DNA of 64,000 nt from Octopus sinensis (GCF_006345805.1 NC_043004.1:16802001-16866000), one strand, 5' to 3'. Shown: positions 25,131 to 38,612, numbered from the stretch's first letter. Notes: generated from the letters alone by a model not told the origin. Numbers and translations: made by a program.

Positions 25131-26766
25131 GGATGGTCACAGGAACATCTATGTCTATATGTGTCTACATAGACATCAAAAATAATTAGTGAAAGCATAG
25201 TACCTACAGCTAGGCTGCACTTCTACCCGAATTGGGGCTGGCTTTTTTGTATATAGTATAGAGGTCTACACTGGTTGGTAAAACACATAAATGAAAAAGA
25301 ACTGAACGCCTTCAGGTAAACTGGAGTAATGGAATTAGCATAATTTATTCAAGGCTGTCTGCGTAAGTCGTTACTCGAAGTTTCATGGTCTCGGTTTTTA
25401 GAAGAAAGGCACTGTGGTGTTTTAGGCTCTGTTACATACATTATGAGTAACTAGATACAATGTGTGTAACCAGAAATTTCGTGCGAGGAAAGAATTTGCT
25501 TTGAAATATTCCAAATTTTTTAAAGATTACATTAAGATTCTGTTGAACTGTATTTGCGGTAGGGTGATATTAAAACAATTTTCTGATGAACTAGATATTC
25601 TGCAACTCTGCTAGCAAATTTACCTAGGTGATAAATTAAATGCATTTTTAAGAACAGCACACGTGGATAATTTTGTTCAGGTATTTCATTAAAGATGTTT
25701 TAGGAAGATAAAATTCGAATGCATTGGGTCCCTTTTTGTAAAATCACTGTTTATATCATGTTTTTGGATTCGTTAAAGTATTTTATTGAGTCCGTGTATT
25801 CGTTAGCATCTGACGATGATGGAAATTGAAGTTAGCTTTTCTTGTTTCTAAATGCATTAATTTCTAGTATCTCTGTACAATCGTGTTTTTATGTTACGTA
25901 GCAAGCATGACGTCTTTGATTAGTGGAGTCTATACCCGTATCGAGTACAGGCAAACATTGTTGAACAAACATTGTTGAAATTAACCAAATAAAAGCTAAC
26001 AGCGAAAATGAAAAATCAAAAGGAAAATGAAATTTTAATGAGTTGATGCATCGAAATTTCAAGTAATTAACCAGAGTTCGAAAAAGTGTTAGATGAGGGA
26101 GAAAGTTTGAGAAGCAGCTAGAGGGAGTGGAGAAAGTAGCTTAAGGATATGGGGTAGTATATGTATGTGTGTGCGTGTGTGAGAGAGAGAGGGGGAGAGA
26201 GAGAGGAAGAGAGACATAGAGATAGACGTTGGCATCAACAGAAGAGGTTATAGTAAAGACAAACCTCAGAAAGCATGCAGTTGAAATATAAAAGAAAAAC
26301 AAGAGTGGACAGTTTAATCGGGGGGAAATAGAATATCAGCCACAAAGTCAGTAGCTACTAACAATGAAGGCTCATCAACAGTACATAGGACCTCATAGAG
26401 GTTCCGGCCAGTTGAGTGCGGAATATCTCCCTCAGTGGCTTGGTCGGCAGGTTGACTGGTTGGCTGGTACTACATAGAGATACCTTACTTAATACCGCTT
26501 CCAGTGTTGCTTGCCAATTTCTGCAGTCTTCAACCTCCACTTCATGTCCAATCAAACCCAAATCCCGAATCCGTTTCCTAACATCATGCTCTGCAAAGCC
26601 CTTCTACTCAATCTACCCATCCACATTTACACACACATACATACACACCCACTCAGACACACACATGCACACACAGAGACAAACACATAGACACAGACAC
26701 ACACATAAATATATGTAAGTATGTATGTATATATATATGTATATGTATATCTATCTATCTATCTCA

Positions 26767-26851
<85 letters not shown>

Positions 26852-29800
26852 TAGATAGATATACACACAAAGATCTCCACTTAATGTCAATTTGCCTTAT
26901 AATATACATACATTGTATGAAGTTATCTAATGATGCTTAAGCAGACAGTAACATAGATGACAAATAAAGTGAGGTAATGTGATATTGTTTTCTTTTCTCT
27001 TTGTGATATATTTTTGTGGTGTGTCTTCTAATTTCATTATGACGCTAGTTATGCATTAAATACAGCTAAGAGCGAAGAAAAAAAAAACAAAAAGAAAAAT
27101 GATAGTGGTGCTCCGTGTTTTGTAAATACGTAGTGACACCATAAATACAGCACTCTGTCAGCCTTCATTGCACAAACCTAAGATCAAAGACATTAAAGCT
27201 GCGACCATCTCATCTTTATTTTTGCTTCATATGTATGTAGGACAACATAATGTAAATGTGTTCGTTTTCAAAGCTGAACAACGTGTTTTGAGAAATGACT
27301 ATGACTGCCATATGTATCAGGATGAGCGTCCACGTGATACTTAGTCACGTTACCTCACCAGACACTTAATTTAATCTATGTATGTGCGTATATGTACCAA
27401 TATATGTATATATAAATAGTCGTATAAATTATCTCCTTGTCTTCGTTGTTATAATGTAATTTATTTGAAAAGAACATTTTAAGAGACACAGACTTGGAGA
27501 GGGAGAGAGAAAAAGGAATGAACATAGCGTTTCATCTGTATGTGTATATACAAGCGAGAGTCTGTGGTGAATATCTATATTTTATTAGTTGATTGCTCTC
27601 TAACTGATATTGTGGTAGTTTATTAGGTACCATTAATGTAAACTTAACGTGTTAATAGCTAACTGTTCAGCGACTGGAAATTATATATGTATATTGAGAA
27701 TCATCAGATTAGTGATTGGTTGTATTACGTATTAGTGGCAATTGATGACTTAAATGATTGATTGTATTTTTTTCTGATTTTACAACTGTGAATAAACGCT
27801 TAATTTATAACGAAGGTAACTCATATCGACGCTCGTTATACGAAACTCGATCGTAATATATTTAATGTTTAGCTACAATTTTCTCGATTTTCTATTAACT
27901 GATGATACAGAATGTGTTATGGTAGTAAAATAAACGAAATGAGACAAAATATAGCAAAACATTTACAAAAGAGAAACTACACAAAAGAAAACTGAGTCAG
28001 TAGATAATATAAGATGATTTATATAATGTATTTGTAGGAATAATTTTTGTTTATGGAGTATTTTGCATTTAGATAATATCAGCATAAGAGATTAGAGAGC
28101 GAGCGGAAACGGCGTAAATTATATAAAGTGGAATTATTTACATTCAGCTTTTATTTTGCCCAGTTGGTGATCTAACTATGCTCGAACTCATAAACAAACA
28201 TTAACGCAATCATACACCAAATGCTTACGGATACACATATTTTCAAAGAAACTCAGAAGCACATATCAATGCGCGTACCGAGAAAATGTGATGCTAGTCC
28301 TGGTATTTTTGATAATCATCTATGTGTATTTAAGTCAAAACATGTATAAAATAGTGAAGTCCATACTTGGCATATGTCTGCAAGCTATGATAAGGCTGTC
28401 CTTTTCCTGAGCATGTAAATTTATTCGGAAAATTATTTCAAAATTTATTTAAAATATTGCGCTTTTTTGAGTTTTGCCAACAATTGCTGCTAACAAATTT
28501 CTCGAAGAGAAATTCCAATAAATTAAGGATTTATTTTTTTCGTGCATGTGGCATTCTGAACATCACCCTTTAGCTTAATTAGCCAAATTAATGCCATTGG
28601 CCAATTTGAGTTATTATCTCTGACACATTTTATTTTTAATTATACAAATTCTTCTGTCCAAACATATTAGTAACTCCTCGGTTACATTTAAAAATCTATC
28701 GACTAAGTGATATTGTACTAAACTGATAACTGAGACATGTCCATAGTTGAGCCATTCTTACAAAGGTGAGAATATTATTACATTAAGCATGTTAAGTAAC
28801 TTGATAAATATTAATTTCCAATTTCGTGAAATTATCATCCATTCTCTCCGAGTATTATTAACAGTTGTGTCTAGTCCTTTCCCCTCTCAAAATAAATGGA
28901 AACTTGGTAATTAAGAATATTTTTGGTAGATCACTCCGTAACTCAATTACACAATTTCATGCGATTTGCCGATTTCAGATATTTTCCTGGAATCATTTTA
29001 TTTTTACTTCTACGATAACGAGAGAAGGATTTTACGAAACAGCGAGTCACTGCGTCACTTGAGAGACAGGGTGTGAATCAGTAAGTCTGTAAATCAGTGA
29101 GACATTGTGACTGAAATACTGGAATGTACTAGAACTAATCATAATGATGCAAGCAGATAAGACAGTGGTATAATGAAACAGTAAGGCCTATGCACGCAAG
29201 GGGAGTTAAACTGTTAAATAGACAGTAAGGTAAATAAAACTGATGGAGAGAATACATTAGTTTTGCAGTGAAACATTGCCACATTGATTATAATGAGTTA
29301 ATAAAGGAGTTATACAACATGGTAAGTTTTTCAATGGTTAATAACTGAAGAGAACAAACAATAATTTAATGTTTAAAGAGGTAATAAATTATGATGAGAC
29401 TGGTGTTGCTGCTGATCTGCTGCCGATGAGGAATATGATGATGATTATGATGATGGTGATGATGATGATGGTGGTGGTGGTGGTGATGGTAATATCAACA
29501 ATAAAATGAAATAATTGGTGATTATCGGACTTCAGATGAAGTAACATTCATTAACGAGTAGTTGTGCTTTTAATGCCACTATAATGTAATACTAATATAA
29601 TATATTAGCGGTTTTTAATATATTCACTCAGCTGTCATTATACGAGCTGTTATTTAAGCAATTAATAAACAATTTCTGTATACGTTTGTGCATGCATATG
29701 TACATGCATGTATGTATATAAGTATTTATGTGAGTTTGTGTTTTTTTGTGGTTATCAAGGGAGTGAAGCCAAGAATTCATGATGAACGTGTAAAGGTTTA

Positions 29801-29859
29801 TTTAAAAGCTCATTAAAGAGGTCTCACCCCTTGTCAAGAACATCTTTAGGATTGCTGAA

Positions 29860-30290
29860 CAATTCTTTACCATCCAGAGTGCGCAGAGGAACAACTAGAG
29901 AGGTATATGGATTATAAATGTGCCACAGCAAGTTTCGTTTTGTTAGAATTTGACGCAGTTTGAACCTGATCTGCCTTAATCCTCCTGTAATTATTATCCT
30001 CTGTATCGCGAAGTTTATAGTGTACTTTACATTTTCCTGCTAGCGTAAGATTTCATTCTTATTCAGTTCTGGTACTCCACCAAGGACTCTGCTGATCAGA
30101 CTGAGGGTATTGACACCGAGTCATTATGGAACATTCTGAAGAAGCTTGTGTGTTCTGATAAGTTTTTATGTTTAGACTGAAAGCGCATACATGAATGTGG
30201 TTTCGAAGCTCTCTGATCCAATTTTTCTGAATATGATTTTAAGCAAGGGAATGTGTCAGCGCTACCTCTGTTCACATAATTCGAAACATG
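29860..30290 (+). mobile_element. RTE-like LINE RT remnant
   Basis: LWNILKKLVCSDKF and FKQGNVSALPLF resemble RTE LW.IL.K.GCP.KF and VKQGCVLAP.LF. Confidence 0.5.
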
Positions 30291-30324
30291 ATTCAGTTCT
30301 ACAAAGGGCTAATATCTATTTTTT

Positions 30325-30500
30325 TTTCAGTTATTAGACTGCGGCCATGCTGGGGTAGTGCCTTGAAGAGTTTTATTCGAAGAAACCAATGCCAGTGCTT
30401 CTTTTTAAGTCTGGTAGTTATTCCATCGATGTCTTCTGCCGAACTGCCTGGTTGCTGGGACGTAAACAAACCAACATCACTTGGGGTAGCCGAGAAGGTA
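30325..30500 (-). mobile_element. SINE family A tail
   Basis: gactgcggccatgctgggg..gccgaactgc..gacgtaaacaaaccaacatc. Confidence 0.7.
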
Positions 30501-30534
30501 AGAAAGACGAAGAGGAGTTAGAGGCAGATAGCGT

Positions 30535-31240
30535 TTTTTCAAGTTTTTAGGTTATCTTTTACTAAGAACCGTAGTTCCATCTGTGATTATATCTCTTAAT
30601 TCATTACTTTGAGCAATGGTTGGTTGGTTTGCAATAGTGAAGATATTCTGGTAACACAGACAGTGGGATACTATAAATGGTATGGCTTATTCCTGTTTTC
30701 GTTTTCTTTGTGTTATCCTTGGTTGTTATATGGGTATTTTTATAGCCCACTCTATACCATTTTCTGTAAGTAGAGACGGGTATGTTTGTTTGAGCAAAAA
30801 TTCTCTTAGTTTGCTTGGCATTTGATTCTGATATTCGCATCTTCTACAATCCTTTTGGCTAAGCAGTAAGGGATGTTATGTTTTATATGTGGTGGATGGC
30901 ATGACTTAAAATTCAGGCATTGATGTGTATCCGTGTGTTCGTAGTATATGTCTGTAGTAATGGTGGTGTCCTTTTTAATTACCATTATATCTAGGAATGG
31001 TAATTTGGTACTAATCTCCTTTGTAAATTGCAGAAATAGGCGTAATTTGTTCAGAAGGCTATTGAACACTTCTAGAGTTTTTAGAGATTCTGTCCAGACT
31101 ATGAAGTAATCATCAAGGTATATCTTCCATTCCTTTTCAATATACTTTCTAAGTTCAGTGCTACAGTTTTCCTCTACTTCTTGGTCGAATTATTGTTCTA
31201 AATATCCCATTACAGTGTTCGTAGAAGGTTGAAAAGTAAC
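30535..31240 (-). mobile_element. Truncated PLE RT fragment (YLDD type, Neptune-like)
   Basis: VMGYLEQ, WKIYLDDYFIVW, LQFTKEISTKLPFLDIMV, TDIYYEHTDTHQCLNFKSCHPPHIKHNIPY, SKR*PKNLK. Confidence 0.88.
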
Positions 31241-31255
31241 ACACGAGTTGGTATG

Positions 31256-31515
31256 TATAAGGAAAATAAGACAAGGCAGAAAATGCTAAAATAATCTTAT
31301 AATGAAGTATATTTTGTAAAGGTTAGTACCGGTTTCAGTCTTTGCGACTTTTTCAACTAAGAGTAAAACAAGAAAAAACATTAAACTTAAGAAATTTAAT
31401 TGCTTTACTTTTAGTTGAAAAAGTCGAAAAGACTGAAAACGGTGCTAACCTTTATAAAACGTACTTCACTATAAAATTATTTTAGCACTATCTGCCTTGT
31501 CTTATTTTCCTTATA
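31256..31515. repeat. Fold-back element (arms ~31256-31367 and ~31404-31515) abutting the PLE fragment
   Basis: tataaggaaaataagacaaggcag pairs with ctgccttgtcttattttccttata, and so on inward. Confidence 0.93.
31323..31360 (-). ncRNA. Minimal hammerhead, U3-A8 core variant
   Basis: Minus strand parses as ttag | TTGAAAA | AGTC gcaaa GACT | GAA | ACCGGT | A | ctaa: stem I, core, stem II, palindromic stem III, GUA triplet. Mirror copy at 31411-31448 has a GUG triplet. Confidence 0.6.
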
Positions 31516-31544
31516 TATATATATCTGTGTGTGTGTGTGTGTGT

Positions 31545-31575
<31 letters not shown>

Positions 31576-31587
31576 ATGTATGTATGT

Positions 31588-31740
31588 ACGACGAGCTTCC
31601 ACACAAATTTCGTCTACCAAACTCACTCACAAGGCATAGGCCGAGCAGGAGCTACAGTTGAAGACATATTCTCAAGGTGATGCACCCAAAACCACCTGGT
31701 TGCCAAATGACCTTTTAGCCACAGAGACATGCCTACGCCT
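31588..31740 (-). mobile_element. SINE family A head, old copy
   Basis: cgtctaccaaactcactcacaagg..catgcctacgcct is the reverse complement of the head. Confidence 0.65.
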
Positions 31741-31817
31741 ATATATTCATTCTTTCAAAATATCATTCGCCCATAAGGCATGGTTATGATTTAATACATG
31801 TCTTGAACTACAACAAC

Positions 31818-31892
<75 letters not shown>

Positions 31893-31893
<1 letters not shown>

Positions 31894-32404
31894 TGTTGTG
31901 TCTGGGGAGAGTCATTTTCTTTTTTCCCTTATAATGTAACACACTCACTGGTAAAATTTCCACTTTTTCTTATTTTTATTTTCCTAAAATTTTCGTTGCG
32001 TCTTGCAACCTTTTCAATAGCTTTGAATCTGTCCGTTATTTACACTGCGTTCCCTTTTGTTCGTTTGTGCGCATGTATGTGGGTTAGTGCGTGTGTGTGC
32101 CTATACATGCATGCATGCACGTATATATGTATGTGTGTGGTGTGTTTGCATGTGTATGTTACTAACCCACACACATGCGCACAAACAAAAGGGAACGCAG
32201 TGTAAATAACGGACTGAGTCAAAACTATTGAAAAGGTTGCATGGCGCAACGAAAATTTTAGGAAAATAAAAATAAGTAAAAAAGTGGAAATTTTACGGGT
32301 GACTGTGTAAGGCACAAAAAGAAAATGACTCTCCCCAGACAACAGAATATGCTTCAACACACTAACTCATATAAAGAATCTTGCAAACCAAATCCCAAAA
32401 CGAA

Positions 32405-32407
<3 letters not shown>
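31893..32407. repeat. Fold-back element (arms ~31893-32100 and ~32160-32346; right arm has ~60 bp extra tail) between (TA)n tracts
   Basis: ctgttgtgtctggggagagtcattttc pairs with gaaaatgactctccccagacaacag; single copy of the same family at 42395-42597. Confidence 0.93.
32225..32261 (+). ncRNA. Minimal hammerhead-like motif, U3-A8 core variant (mirror copy 31984-32020, minus)
   Basis: cta | TTGAAAA | G | GTTGC atggc GCAAC | GAA | AATT | T | tag; short 3-bp stem I and a weak UUU triplet. Confidence 0.4.
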
Positions 32408-32470
<63 letters not shown>

Positions 32471-32907
32471 CAGCTTAGCTTATCATTTTCTAATCCATTA
32501 CAAATATCCTGTGGTATGCCTAATGCCAGTTGAATAAAAATACGCAGTTCTCCAGTTTTAAAGTGAAATTGCGTTGTATTTTTAAATAGAAATTAAGTGG
32601 GATGTTGCAGAAACGAAAAGCGTGATTATAAATGATTAATGACTTTCACAAGTAAATTTTAAGACTGCGTCTCACTCAATTTATATTAATTATCATAACA
32701 TGTGGAACAAATCCATTTATTTTTGTGTCTTTCGAAATTTGTGTAGATGATATAAGAGGCCTTACAATGCAGTAGAGTTGAAACTTCATAGCTTGATTTG
32801 CTATAAATAGCAGTCAAATTTCCTTTAAATCAAAACCATCATCTTAAAAATTTATATTTAAGGCTACATTTGATATTGTGGTAATACGTATATTAGCGAT
32901 AGAGGCA

Positions 32908-33199
32908 ATATTAATACCGAGAGGTAATATTTACCCCCTACTTAAATGTGATGTTCTGTTAGAACAAGCTATATTATGTTAACTACCATAAGAGAAACCT
33001 TCACACTGACTTTTTGGGTGCAAACGCACTCTTGTTTATATTGCACCAAAAGCCAATTTAGAGCGATATAATCAAGAGTACGTTTGCACCAAAAAGTCAG
33101 TATGAGGGTCTCTTGTATGGTATCTAATATAATATATTTTGTTCTAACAGAACATCCACGTTTAAGTGGGGATAAATATTACATCTGTGTATTATAATA
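32908..33199. repeat. MITE-like fold-back, ~135 bp arms, ~18 bp spacer
   Basis: actgactttttgggtgcaaacgcactcttg pairs with caagagtacgtttgcaccaaaaagtcagt; gttctgttagaacaa pairs with ttgttctaacagaac. No HHR seen. Confidence 0.85.
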
Positions 33200-33559
33200 T
33201 ACAAGATAAAATAAAAAGAAATTATTGGATAGCCATAGTTAAAATAATTTTGATCATAGTTCCACTCGATGTACAGTTGACCAATAGCTAAAGAACACTA
33301 ATAATGAAAGATGTATAGAGACAGCAAAAGGAGTTACGGAATTAGAGGTTGTTTCCTGTTATGAAAATCCAATTTTTCTTTATTTACTAATAAAACTATT
33401 AAGTAATCACTCAAATCCTTGACATTTTCTCTCTCCACGAGGTAACGATAACTATTCCGAAAGTCGGCCTAGCAACTATCTAACAAATTTAATAGTTTAT
33501 TTGCTAATCCTTTCGTAAATAACCTGGGTTGTGAATAATAGAAGAATACCGAAATAGAA

Positions 33560-35400
33560 AAATTGTTGAAAACAAATCAATCTACTAAAGTGACGCAGCA
33601 AGGGAACTAAATTGTTTTACAGAAACATCTCAAAACTATTAAATAAACGATATTAGAGAAAATAACACTCTTACAACAGGTTTCAAAACTCGTTTAAAAC
33701 ACCAAGATTACTCAAAGATATATAGTAAACGAATCTAATAAAATACAATCAGACACCAAGGAGAAATTATGGTAGGTTCTATACTACAGAAGAGCCACGT
33801 TAATTTGTTTTAGATAACTCAATACTAAAAATAACATAATAGGCATAAATAAACTAGCCAGCTATTCCAGTTATAAATTACGTCTTCAAAATAACAAACT
33901 AGGAATTATATGATCCAAAATGCTTAATCAGAAAGAGAAACAACAACCAAATATTGACGGCATTCCGAAATTATCATCACCATCTTTATATGAACAATGA
34001 GACCGTTGAGCACATGATCGACGGCCGCCCAATCAAATCTTCATACAAAACAGTTTATCTTCTTTATTGATAAATTTTAAGGATTTCTTGAAAGGAATAA
34101 TTTCAATGAACCAAGCATCAAAAACAAAATTATTCCAAATAAATGCTTATCTTCAATAATTGCCGGAGACCACAACAATTCAAATATTCCAGACGCTTTA
34201 AACCGGAAAGTGCCAGGATTTGATAACTGTTATTAAACATCATCTCAAATTTCTCATTAAGCTATCTAACAAGGGTATATAAGGCAGTGGAATAATTATT
34301 TTGAAAAATGACAGGACCGTGGACAACACATCTCTGGTTCATTGAAGTGACAACTATCCTCTATCTATCTATTCGATGGCTTATTCAGATATTTCCCTCT
34401 TTTAGCCGTGAATTAGAGTATGAACTTTCAGGATATCAACCTTTTTATGAAGAACTATTACTACCTCTAACTTGCTCGATTTTCTTGTGTTTCTGTTTTA
34501 TTATATCTCTACTCACTTCAGTATTACTATTTCATAAATGCTTTGACGGCGTTAACAACCGTCTTTCCATCTTTTGTAGTACTGGACTTTGATAAAGGAA
34601 GAATAGACTAAAGTAACAGCAATCCCGAAAACCTGAAGTTATACAACCTAAATTTTTACAACTTAAAGACTAAAATACATTAACATTGTAGGAAATAAAT
34701 AATCACCTGAGACAAGAATATGTTCCCAGAAGAGTAGAAATATTACTGTTGCGAAAACTCATTTGGGCATGATGGCCGATTGTTGATCAACAGTCACAAC
34801 CGAAGATTATAGAAGAAAAATAAATGTCAGAGCATGTCATGGATTGTCTATCAGAAAGCTTTCCGTAGAGGTTTCCTGCGCACGAATCATAGAATATTTA
34901 GCTATGTACACCTGTATTAAGTAATAACATTAAACACGTCATGAATAAATTGCAAACAAGTCTGCGGATAGAAATTAGAAAATTAAGCAAATCAAAACAT
35001 TACATGCAGTATAAAGTTTCCGTATGAGTAAGTCACTTAGAATTTAGATTAACAAAATCAGCAAGAGGATTCATAAAAAGAACATGCTCATATAAAATTA
35101 GATAAAGAAATAAAAGAAAGGAAACCAAACAAATCCATGCAGATACACAAAAACTAATGAAATGGATGGAGTGTACACAGACATGAAAGAAAAGTTCAGA
35201 GTCAAATTATGTTAATACTAGACTGACTTTTAAAGCAGAGATAAATGTCGGAAATAAGGTAAGCGGTATCAAATATTATAACTATTCCAATGATAATGTC
35301 AAATGGAAAAATCAAGTCATGTCAATAGTTACCTAACTGGATTAACACGACTGATACAGGAAAGGCAGAAAAGAAATGCGAATGCAAATGAACATGAAAA
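33560..35400 (+). mobile_element. Very old Dong/R4-like LINE debris
   Basis: Scattered peptides IPVINYVFKITN, NETVEHMIDGRP, RLTFKAEINVGNKVSGI; heavily disrupted. Confidence 0.35.
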
Positions 35401-36039
35401 AAGATTATTGTTAACGCAATTATGTAAAAATAGTAGGTTTCTGCATCTAAAATCTGAATCTGAAATATCTCGTATAGAGTAAATATAAACTAATACAAAT
35501 GGCGAACAAATGTGAATAGGATAATAAAAAGCAGTTGTCTGTAGTCAGTGGCGGATATATTGAGCGGAAGATTTTAAAAAGAAGCTAAAAAGACCATAAA
35601 AACTTTATTCAAATGTCGTTCCTTAGTGCGTCAAATTTAGACATTGGTCAAATAAGTCTCTAACTGTATAATGACAACACTGAGCAAAGCCGGATTGATT
35701 TTTTTTTAAAAAGAAAATTTTGGACCCAGTTGAGATGCCAAAATCGAAAACCTGTTATAAGTTGGGGTTCTTTTTCCGTCTATAGGGATACCTTTTACCC
35801 GATTTTTAAAGCTACTTTCACATATATTCTCCTGCATTCGAGATTTTCTTAAGATTTTAAAGATATGTCGCTCACTCGATGCTTCAATGTTTTTTTATAG
35901 AAAAAAAATATTCCATTATCGGTTACTTTATAGGAACTAAAACAAAGTTTTGGAAGATGGTCAAGGACCATCAAGAAAGAGAGTTTCTATTAGAAATTTG
36001 AATTCCAACAGAATCCCAAAGGAAATGTAAAGAGAAATA

Positions 36040-36472
36040 GGCGAAGGCATGGCTGCGTAGTAAGATGTTTGCTCCCCAACCACATGGTTTCGGGTTCAGT
36101 CCCACTGCGTGCCACCTTCAGTAAATGTCTTCTGCTATAACCCCGGGTCAAGCGAAGTTTTATCGGTGGATTTGATAGACAGAAACTGAAAGAAGCTCGT
36201 CGCATATATATGCGCGTGCGCGTGCGCGAAGCATGTGTACGTGTTAGCGTATGCATATTTGTGTCTGTGTTTCTGTCTCTACCTACACACCAATTGACAA
36301 TCGGTATTGATTTATTTAAGGTCCTGTGACCTAGCGGTTCGGCAAAAGTGACCGTTAGAATTAGTACCAGATTTACAAGAAATATCAGTACTGGAGTTGT
36401 TATGTTCAACTAAAACCTTTCAAGGCAGTACCCCAGCATGGCCGCAGTCCACTGACTGAAACATGTAAAAGA
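36040..36472 (+). mobile_element. Full-length SINE family A (tRNA head, CORE-like middle, internal microsatellite)
   Basis: A-box ggctgcgtagtaag, B-box gggttcagtccc, gtgccaccttcagtaaatgtcttc, tail ..cagcatggccgcagtc..gactgaaacatgtaaaag. Confidence 0.88.
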
Positions 36473-38084
36473 CGAATTATAAATCATAAAAATATAGAAT
36501 GTTAGGGACACTGGAAATAATTATAAGCTACACACAAGGCACGAAGAAAATCTCAGCACTTAGACATGTACACAACACAGAGAACATAACGCTGTTATCA
36601 AGAGCACAGATTTCGTAAAGCGCATTCAGGGCAATTAAAAACTCAAACACGAAACAAAAATTAGGCATGCAATTAATACAGGGAGCTTCCATCGGTTGTG
36701 TAATGAAAGCACGAAATAAAAATAAGTCGACTAAAATAATAATATAATGTTGATGGGGAATAATATATGTGCACTTACATATTTTGATAATTGATAGGAA
36801 AAAATTATATATTAATTCTAAAGTTATTAAAAGGAAACAATATTTGTGTATGAAACGAGCAAAATTAATACAAAGATAATTAAAATATATAATAAGGGTG
36901 CATAGAATGAGTGAGACAGATAATAATTTCAAATAAAAATTCTCTTCCATTAAATATGATTCAGAATAGAATAATGCAGTTAAAATGAACTAGATTATCT
37001 CAGAACACAATTATAGATTTTAGATTTCACTGTGAAAAAAACTCATAACGCTGTTAAAGAACAATCCGCCTGGGACTTGGTTGCAGATAGTCATAAGATC
37101 GTCATTCTGAACTGGTTTGACATAATCATCAAAACCGAATGTTTAACATTTTTTTTTCTAATTACTGTGTTATGCATACGAATTAACATTTCCATATGCA
37201 AATATATATGCATTTATGTGTGTGTATGTGTGTGTGATGTTGGCGGATATGAGCTATGAATTTATGTTTGATAGGAATAGGATACTCACTCAAGACAGTC
37301 ACTTACAAGAGGTCCACAAGCCGTTTCTGTTCGTGAAGAGCCCATGTTCACTGAATTTCATTCTTCAAAATGACGCACAGAGACATATTCACAAACAGAT
37401 ATACTCACATACGCACATACACATACACAAATATATATATATACAAATATATGCATGTTTGTATATAGACACATGGATACAAAATATATACATATATGCA
37501 TATTGCAGATTCTTTCAACCAAAACAGAATATTTCTAATAAAAAAATGCAATTTCATTTTGATTTTACATTAGATTTCAATCGAAACAAATTTTTTTTTT
37601 TGTAATATAAAAAATGTACAATTTAATTTTGAATTTCTTATTAGATTATTTTTACTATTAAGAATTTTTAACCGAAACGTTGAGATCTGTCAGAGCGAAA
37701 TTCATACAAATAACAAACGATATGATCTCTCAAATCAATAACGAAACAAACAAATACGATAGAAATACATAGCGAAATCAAAGAACGTCTGAAATAGAAA
37801 ATTTGCTAAATCTCAAGTATCTGTTAGAATAAAAACCTAAACGATTATTTAAACAAAACAAACGACTCTGACTCCTTTCCAAAACTGATTTTATCAAGGA
37901 AAAGAAGAAAATAAATAGAATTCAGCGAATCACCAATAGCATGTCGAGTGGTGAGTCATAGAAACAAGAAGCAGCCATGACGTAGTTACCAAAGACTAGA
38001 TTATTCAAAACAGCGAACAGTATAATTGAATAATCGTGGAAGAGCATAAAAATATCAGAAAAAGCCTTAGTGTGAGCCAAGGAT

Positions 38085-38215
38085 GATAGCTCAAATTTTA
38101 GCCCAAAGCCAGCAATTTCGAGGAGTCGGTTACATCGACCGCAGTGAGCAACTGGTACTCATTTTGTCGGCCCCCAAAGGATGAAAGGCAAAGTTGACCT
38201 CGGTGGAAAGCATCT
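38085..38215 (-). mobile_element. SINE family B 3' fragment
   Basis: actggtactcattttgtcggccccc..ggatgaaaggcaaagttgacctcgg. Confidence 0.75.
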
Positions 38216-38281
38216 TGTCGAACGTGCTAACAGTTGTGCCAACTCGCCGTCTTATGTTGAACAAGATTATTACTATTAAAG

Positions 38282-38610
38282 CCAGGTGACGTGCTGGCAG
38301 AAACGTTAGCACGCCGGGCGAAATGCTTAGCGGTATTTTGTCTGTCGCTACGTTCTGAGTTCAAATTCCGCCGAGGTCGACTTTGCCTTTCATCCTTTCG
38401 GGGTCGATAAATTAAGTACCAGTTACGCACTGGGGTCGATATAATCGACTTAATCCGTGTATCTGTCCTTGTTTGTCGTCTCTGTATTTAGCCCCTTGTG
38501 GATAGTAAAGAAATATGTATTTCGTCTGCCGCTACGTTCTGAGTTCAAGTTCCGCCGAGGTCGACTTTGCCTTTCGACCTTTCGGCGTCGATTAAATAAG
38601 TATCAGTTAC
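38282..38610 (+). mobile_element. Young SINE family B copy plus partial tandem second copy
   Basis: ctggcagaaacgttagcacgccgggcgaaatgcttagcggtattt..gttctgagttcaaattccgccgaggtcgac..aagtaccagttacgcactggggtcgat; repeated from ~38518. Confidence 0.9.
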
Positions 38611-38612
38611 GC

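Noticed and set aside
36528-36950. 140 aa minus-strand hydrophobic ORF
   Set aside because: No recognisable motif; antisense of A-rich sequence; no splice or start context support.
37900-38070. Membrane-protein-like minus-strand frame (KAFSDIFMLF..)
   Set aside because: Antisense to a stop-riddled Lys/Asn-rich plus frame that looks like decayed retroelement ORF.
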